Of a stretch of DNA of 64,000 nt, positions 54,620 to 64,000 are shown one piece after another (position 1 is the first letter of the stretch; each line of letters opens with the position of its first letter). The position numbers were made by a program, and so were the translations under genes. The notes under the pieces were generated by a model. It had not been told where the DNA came from. It did no database searches and worked only from the letters and a program-made list of their open reading frames with translations. Source of the stretch: Octopus vulgaris (taxonomy: Eukaryota); NCBI GenBank assembly GCA_951406725.2, contig OX597831.1, positions 79,980,001-80,044,000 on the forward strand, written 5' to 3'.

Positions 54620-55580
54620 TCCGAAACAAATAGCAAACAAGACAAACAACAAAAGAGCGACCCATTATCAGCTGTTTTTCTAATCTGTATTTGGAGCATT
54701 TCATGACAAGATACGCCTTCGATAAAACCGTTGCTCCTGCAAAGCAAATTAAATGAAATTTGGGATTTTGCGGAGTGTCAAGATTGGTGACAAAAACAGG
54801 GCAGTGAAAACAAACAGGAAGGGTTGCTAAGCCTAAACGAGGTTGTGGTGGCGAACGCGAAGTAACAAGACTAGACAGGAGACAGACAAGAATACGTCTT
54901 CCTTGTCCAACTGCAACAGGAGGAAAGAAAGAAACACAATTTAAGAGAAGAAAGAAAAATGGCCGATGATCACGTAGGAGCCACGTGAGCGAAGGAGGAA
55001 GATTGAAAGAGAGTGAGTGACAGACAGAAAACTGAGAAGAGGAGAGGAAAACATTTGGAGATAGGATAAGAGAGAAAAAAGCGGGGAGAAAGGCAGGTAA
55101 AAGAATAAAAGGAAGGAAGAGAGAAAACGAAAGAGTAAAATGATATAATAGTGGGAGAAGAGGAGGGAAAAGAATCAGAGAAAGGAGGAGAGAAAAAAGC
55201 GAAAGAGTAATAGGAAGAGTCGCATCAGAATTATTAAAACTTACTTGGAAAAGGATGCGTGGCGTTCAATCATATAATAATATAAATAATATATGCACAT
55301 ATATATATATATACATATATATATATACACACACACACATAATGCATGTATGGGTACAGGACGTCACTAACGGGGAAAATAACATGAAATACGTAAACAA
55401 CGACAGAAAATGGAAAACAGGACAAGTAAACGCAGTGAAATGACCCCTCATCAGTTGTCGGCTGTCTGTCTATTCCTCGTTTCGAGCATTGAACAACAAT
55501 ATGAGTCTTCAAACACAGTTGCTACATAAATTTTAAAATTATATTTAGGATTTATGGACGGTCAAACGGAAACAAAACCA
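54620..55580 (-). repeat. Two related Penelope-like 3' terminal fragments (~54620-55250 and ~55340-55580)
   Basis: 54660-54760 aligns with 55440-55540. The minus strand has gctcGAAAcgag...caaCTGATGAgggg. Confidence 0.4.
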
Positions 55581-55615
55581 ATATATATATATATATATTA
55601 TATATAAATATATAT

Positions 55616-55647
<32 letters not shown>

Positions 55648-55652
55648 CGGTC

Positions 55653-55711
<59 letters not shown>

Positions 55712-55712
55712 A

Positions 55713-55781
<69 letters not shown>

Positions 55782-56039
55782 TTTATGTGCGTATATGTGT
55801 ATATGTCTGTATGTATAGATTGATGGATATATGGATGAATGGATGTGTACTCGTGTTATGTATCAGTGAAGAAATACATTCACTTTCGTATGATTCCGTA
55901 CTCCCGGAGTATCTTCCAACCTTCTTCATCACACTCCTCTCTCTCTCTCTCCCTTTCTCTCTCTTTCTCTCTCTCATACTACTCCTCTCCTTCTCCGTTC
56001 CTCTCGCTGGCCATTTTTTTGTTGTTTGATTTATCATTA

Positions 56040-59700
<3,661 letters not shown>

Positions 59701-59895
59701 CCTCCCCTCCCCTCCTCCTCTGCCATCTCCTCCCAGAATCCAGCCGATGACTCCCTCACCCACCTCCACCTCTTTATTACTATTTCATTCTCTCAACAAT
59801 TTGTCAGTCTCATTCTCCCAACAGAAACACACACACACATACATACATAATACACAGAGACAGATAGACACACAGACATACATACGTACACACAG

Positions 59896-59952
<57 letters not shown>

Positions 59953-60240
59953 CATACATGCAAACATACATGTTTGCATACATATATACATACACACATA
60001 TATTCATACATATACACATCACACCCATAAACACACACACGTATATATGTATATCTATATATGTATATATACACCTAGATAGATGCGTGTATGTATGCAT
60101 ATATTGATTACATATATACATACACACACACATATATATATATTTATATATATATATATGTATGTATGTATGAATATATACATACATGTAGATATATATA
60201 AGTGTATGTGAGTGCGTATGTATGTTTGAATATATATGTG

Positions 60241-60274
<34 letters not shown>

Positions 60275-60339
60275 AGTATTTTTGTGCATGAGAATGTATA
60301 TGCATATTTGTACATGTATGTATGATGTGTGTGTATATG

Positions 60340-60391
<52 letters not shown>

Positions 60392-61016
60392 TGTATATGT
60401 ATATGTATATATATATGTATGTGTGTGTATATCTATATGTGTGTGTGTGTATTTAAATATACACATAAAAACAAAAGGAATACATTACAAAGCTTTCTTC
60501 ACACACACACACACACACAAACCTAAATATCTACCTCTCCTACTTACCTAACCCCCCCCCCCCAACACTCGCGTCCCGACCAACCAACCCACCTGCCAAC
60601 CACCTCATATATCTTTAACTGCGTTGATCAAGTTTCCGTTTGATTAAAATACAACTTAATTACATCGCAATATTTCAATTAAAAAATATTATTAACACGA
60701 CGCAGTTAACATGGGTGTACTTTTTTAATCTTCTTATCTTTAAGCCCGACTTCTTTGTGCGTATGTGTGTGTGCGTGTGTTTGTGTGTGTGCGTGTGTGT
60801 GTGTGTGTGTGTATATGTGTGTTTGTGTGAAGAAATCTTTGTAATATAATTTATTCTATGTTTTTCGCGTTGTTTTAACTTATTCCAGTCATTCTTAAAA
60901 TAAGGAGATATTTCTGTTGCTGTTCTCCTTGTTCTTCTTGCAGCTCTGTTTCTTCCGCATATTACATATATGGTAAAGACATATATACGTATACATATAT
61001 ATACATGTATATATGC

Positions 61017-61227
<211 letters not shown>

Positions 61228-61832
61228 ACGTATGTATGTATGTATATATACTGACTGAAGAAGTGTTAATTACTGAGGAACAAAAAACATAACCATCAGT
61301 ATACAGTTATACGCACATTCATCACTGGGACTGTCAAAATCTGTAAAACTTTCCAGAAGTTTATCATTTAAATATATATGAACATGTCTAGATATGAAAC
61401 TGTATGCATGAGAATACATACATAAAACAAAACATACAAATCTGCACATAACATACATACATACAAAACAAACAGACATACAAACAAACAAAAATACCCT
61501 GTTGCTGATGTCTAGATTCCACTGAAGGAGCCTTGGATCTAGGTTACAAACCGGCTCCCTCTCTATTGGCAAGAAATTTCTAAATAAACTGAACAATTAC
61601 ATGCATACATACAAACATGCGTAGAAGTTATAATTAAAATTTAGATTTGAAATTTCAAATCTTAAATTTAGCATCCAAACTGTATTTTGGGTGTGTCCCT
61701 AATAGTGTGCCGGCAGAGCCCGTTCAACTCTTATGACTACCTGGCGTCATCCTCGTTAGGAATCCATCGGTGCATGTTGAGTATATTCTAAATAATTAAT
61801 ACAGAAGGCAGAGTATGCTAGAAACTTTATTT

Positions 61833-61940
61833 AACACTACGATCGTTTCGGTATAATTCTGCACTGCTTCCTGGAGTGTGGGGAGCGGTATAATGAATTC
61901 CAATGTACCCCCAATGTGCAGAAACGCCTCTTCAGGTGAC
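61833..61940 (-). ncRNA. Type I hammerhead ribozyme candidate with long stem II
   Basis: gucac-CUGAAGA-gg..uucugcac...gugcagaa..cc-GAAA-cgauc-GUA-guguu, followed by aaataaa. Stem III is the palindrome acgaucgu. Confidence 0.7.
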
Positions 61941-62123
61941 ATAAAACGATTCTAATTTACGTAAGTGACATTTCGCTCGTAGGCTTCGCTAGATGGTGTT
62001 GGAAGTTGTAGCGTCCCAAATACATTAATGTTACAATATAAATGTATGTATATATGTATGTATGTATGCATATATGTATGTATGTATGTGTGTGTGTGTG
62101 TGTGTGCGTGCGTGTACATATAT

Positions 62124-62496
62124 ACTCTTTTACTCTTTTACTTGTTTCAGTCAGTTGACTGCGGCCATGCTGGAGCACCGCCTTTAGTCGAGCAACTCGA
62201 CTCCGGGACTTATTCTTTGTAAGCCTAGTACTTATTCTATCGGTCTCTTTTTGCCGAACCGCTAAGTGACGAGGACATAAACACAGACACACAAACTTAT
62301 ACACACACATACATAGATAGATATACATATATACGAAGGGCTTCTTTCAGTTTCCGTCTACCAAATCCACTCACAAGGCTTTGGTCGTCCCGAGGCTATA
62401 GTAGAAGACACTTGCCCAAGGTGCCACGCAGTGGGACTGAACCCGGAACCATGTGGTTGGTAAGCAAGCTACTTACCACACAGCCACTCTGCGCCT
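62124..62496 (-). mobile_element. SINE family A, full length
   Basis: Collinear with 10253-10660. Confidence 0.85.
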
Positions 62497-62591
62497 GTAT
62501 ATATTTAAAAAAATGGAGCCTCAATAAAGTGTGACAAGCAAAATTGAGTCAAGTACCGGGCTCCACAATCCACTCTGTTACCCAATATAGG

Positions 62592-62679
62592 GGACACTGA
62601 TGAGGTGAATGTGTCATTACATGATGTCTCTACTTGTTATGCAGTCATTTCGGCATTTTGATGAAACACGCGTATGTCC
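62592..62679 (+). ncRNA. Type I hammerhead ribozyme candidate with long stem II
   Basis: ggaca-CUGAUGA-(59 nt)-GAAA-cacgc-GUA-ugucc. Stem I is a perfect 5 bp and stem III contains the palindrome acgcgu. AATAAA is at 62680, followed by (TA)n. Confidence 0.7.
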
Positions 62680-62704
62680 AATAAAGCTTATTATTTCGTT
62701 CTTT

Positions 62705-62755
<51 letters not shown>

Positions 62756-62777
62756 GTGAGTGAGTGAGTGAGAGAGA

Positions 62778-62814
<37 letters not shown>

Positions 62815-63345
62815 AGACAAATAGACAGACAAATATATATCTAGATATATTCGGAAAGATAAATAAGACACACACAGAAATTTATTGTTGGTAGTTGAAT
62901 TTAGAGCCAGCGCTGAAAATCTTTGAGGATAAATTTGAAAATTTACCTTATGTATGTGTATGTGTATGTGTTGTGTGTTTGTATGTGTGCGTGTGGCTTT
63001 GTATGTGGGGGAGGGGTTTAAATAGGTGTTTATAATCACATTGAATATTCTTGTAGGTGGACAATCGAACGTGCGAAGTCCTCCACCACGGAAATAATCT
63101 TCAGAAGAAAGAAGACAAATTTTATGGACAAATTTGGGTGTGAAAACATGATTGAGTTATGACTGATGTCATTGCTCCGGAAGGAGCATTCGTTTCTACA
63201 TCGTTACTCCTCATCAGCTACAGACAGAGAATCTATCATTCGAAGCGCACTAAGCTTTTCAACACACGTTTTTCAACAAAAGCTGCTCGTGCGCGTATTG
63301 TTAATGGAAGCTTGACGAATGCACTTTTTTCTGTTTAAAACATGA

Positions 63346-63505
63346 ACGCAGGTATGGTTGTGTGGTAAGAAGTTTACTTCCCAACCACATGGTCCAAGGC
63401 TCAGTCCCTCTGCGTGGCACCTTGGGCAAGTGTCTTCTACTTTAGCCTCGGACCGACCAAAACCTTGTGAGTGGATTTGGTTGATGGAAACTGAGAGAAG
63501 CCGGT
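63346..63505 (+). mobile_element. SINE family A, 5' half
   Basis: gcaggtatggttgtgtggtaagaag...gcgtggcaccttgggcaagtgtcttctac. Confidence 0.75.
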
Positions 63506-63689
63506 CCTATGTGATAAAAACCTCGCGAGTGAAATATGTTTTTGACAGAAGCCTGTCGATGAAAGACCTCTCCACTCCTTGGGTTGTATGTTTATCCTGT
63601 CTTCCGGATTCACAACTTGCCCCATGACGTCCTGTAATAGATACCACACTGTTACAAGCATCAGGGATCTAATTCTGATTTGAAGACAC

Positions 63690-63910
63690 ATACCTATTTC
63701 TTTACTACCCACAAGGGGTTAAACACAGAGGAGACAAACAAGGACATACAAACGGATTAAGTCGATTATATCGACCCCAGTGCGTAACTAATGCTTAATT
63801 TATCGACCTCGAAAGGATGAAAGGCAAAGTCGACCTCGGCGGAATTTGAACTCGGAACGAAGCGGCGGACGAAATACCGGCATGCTAACGTTTCTGCCAG
63901 CTCGCTGCCT
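63690..63910 (-). mobile_element. SINE family B
   Basis: Collinear with 46981-47201; aagacacata is repeated at both flanks. Confidence 0.85.
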
Positions 63911-64000
63911 GTAAAGACACATATCTCCTTTGCTTTCCGCCTACCGCCTTTCCTTCCTTCCCTGTTACCTTCTACAAAGGGCTCAACACTCTTATTTGCC

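Overview
This is eukaryotic, AT-rich intergenic or intronic DNA with no host protein-coding exon that I can support. Roughly half of it is microsatellite: (TA)n, (CA)n, (TATG)n, (GATA)n and triplet runs. The rest is mostly transposon debris. The SINE families and repeat landscape look like an octopus (coleoid cephalopod) genome; that is my pattern recognition, not a database result. Recognisable elements are: a DD37D (maT) transposase remnant; a near full-length decayed mariner (34155-35416); Tx1-clade LINE pieces (35971-38728 and 51725-53585); an RTE-like 3' end with zinc fingers; a 5'-truncated Penelope-like (GIY-YIG) element with a ~3 kb microsatellite-filled 3' region (30478-34134); more than 30 copies of three tRNA-derived SINE families; and many hammerhead-ribozyme-like motifs and long palindromes sitting in microsatellites. 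The most striking signal is two islands inside the Penelope-like element. They read as the surrounding GT/TA-rich sequence with almost every T replaced by C, which is A-to-G on the element's sense strand. That is the footprint expected if ADAR hyper-edited the retroelement RNA before it was reverse-transcribed into the genome. One SINE family also shares its 3' tail with the local Tx1 LINE.
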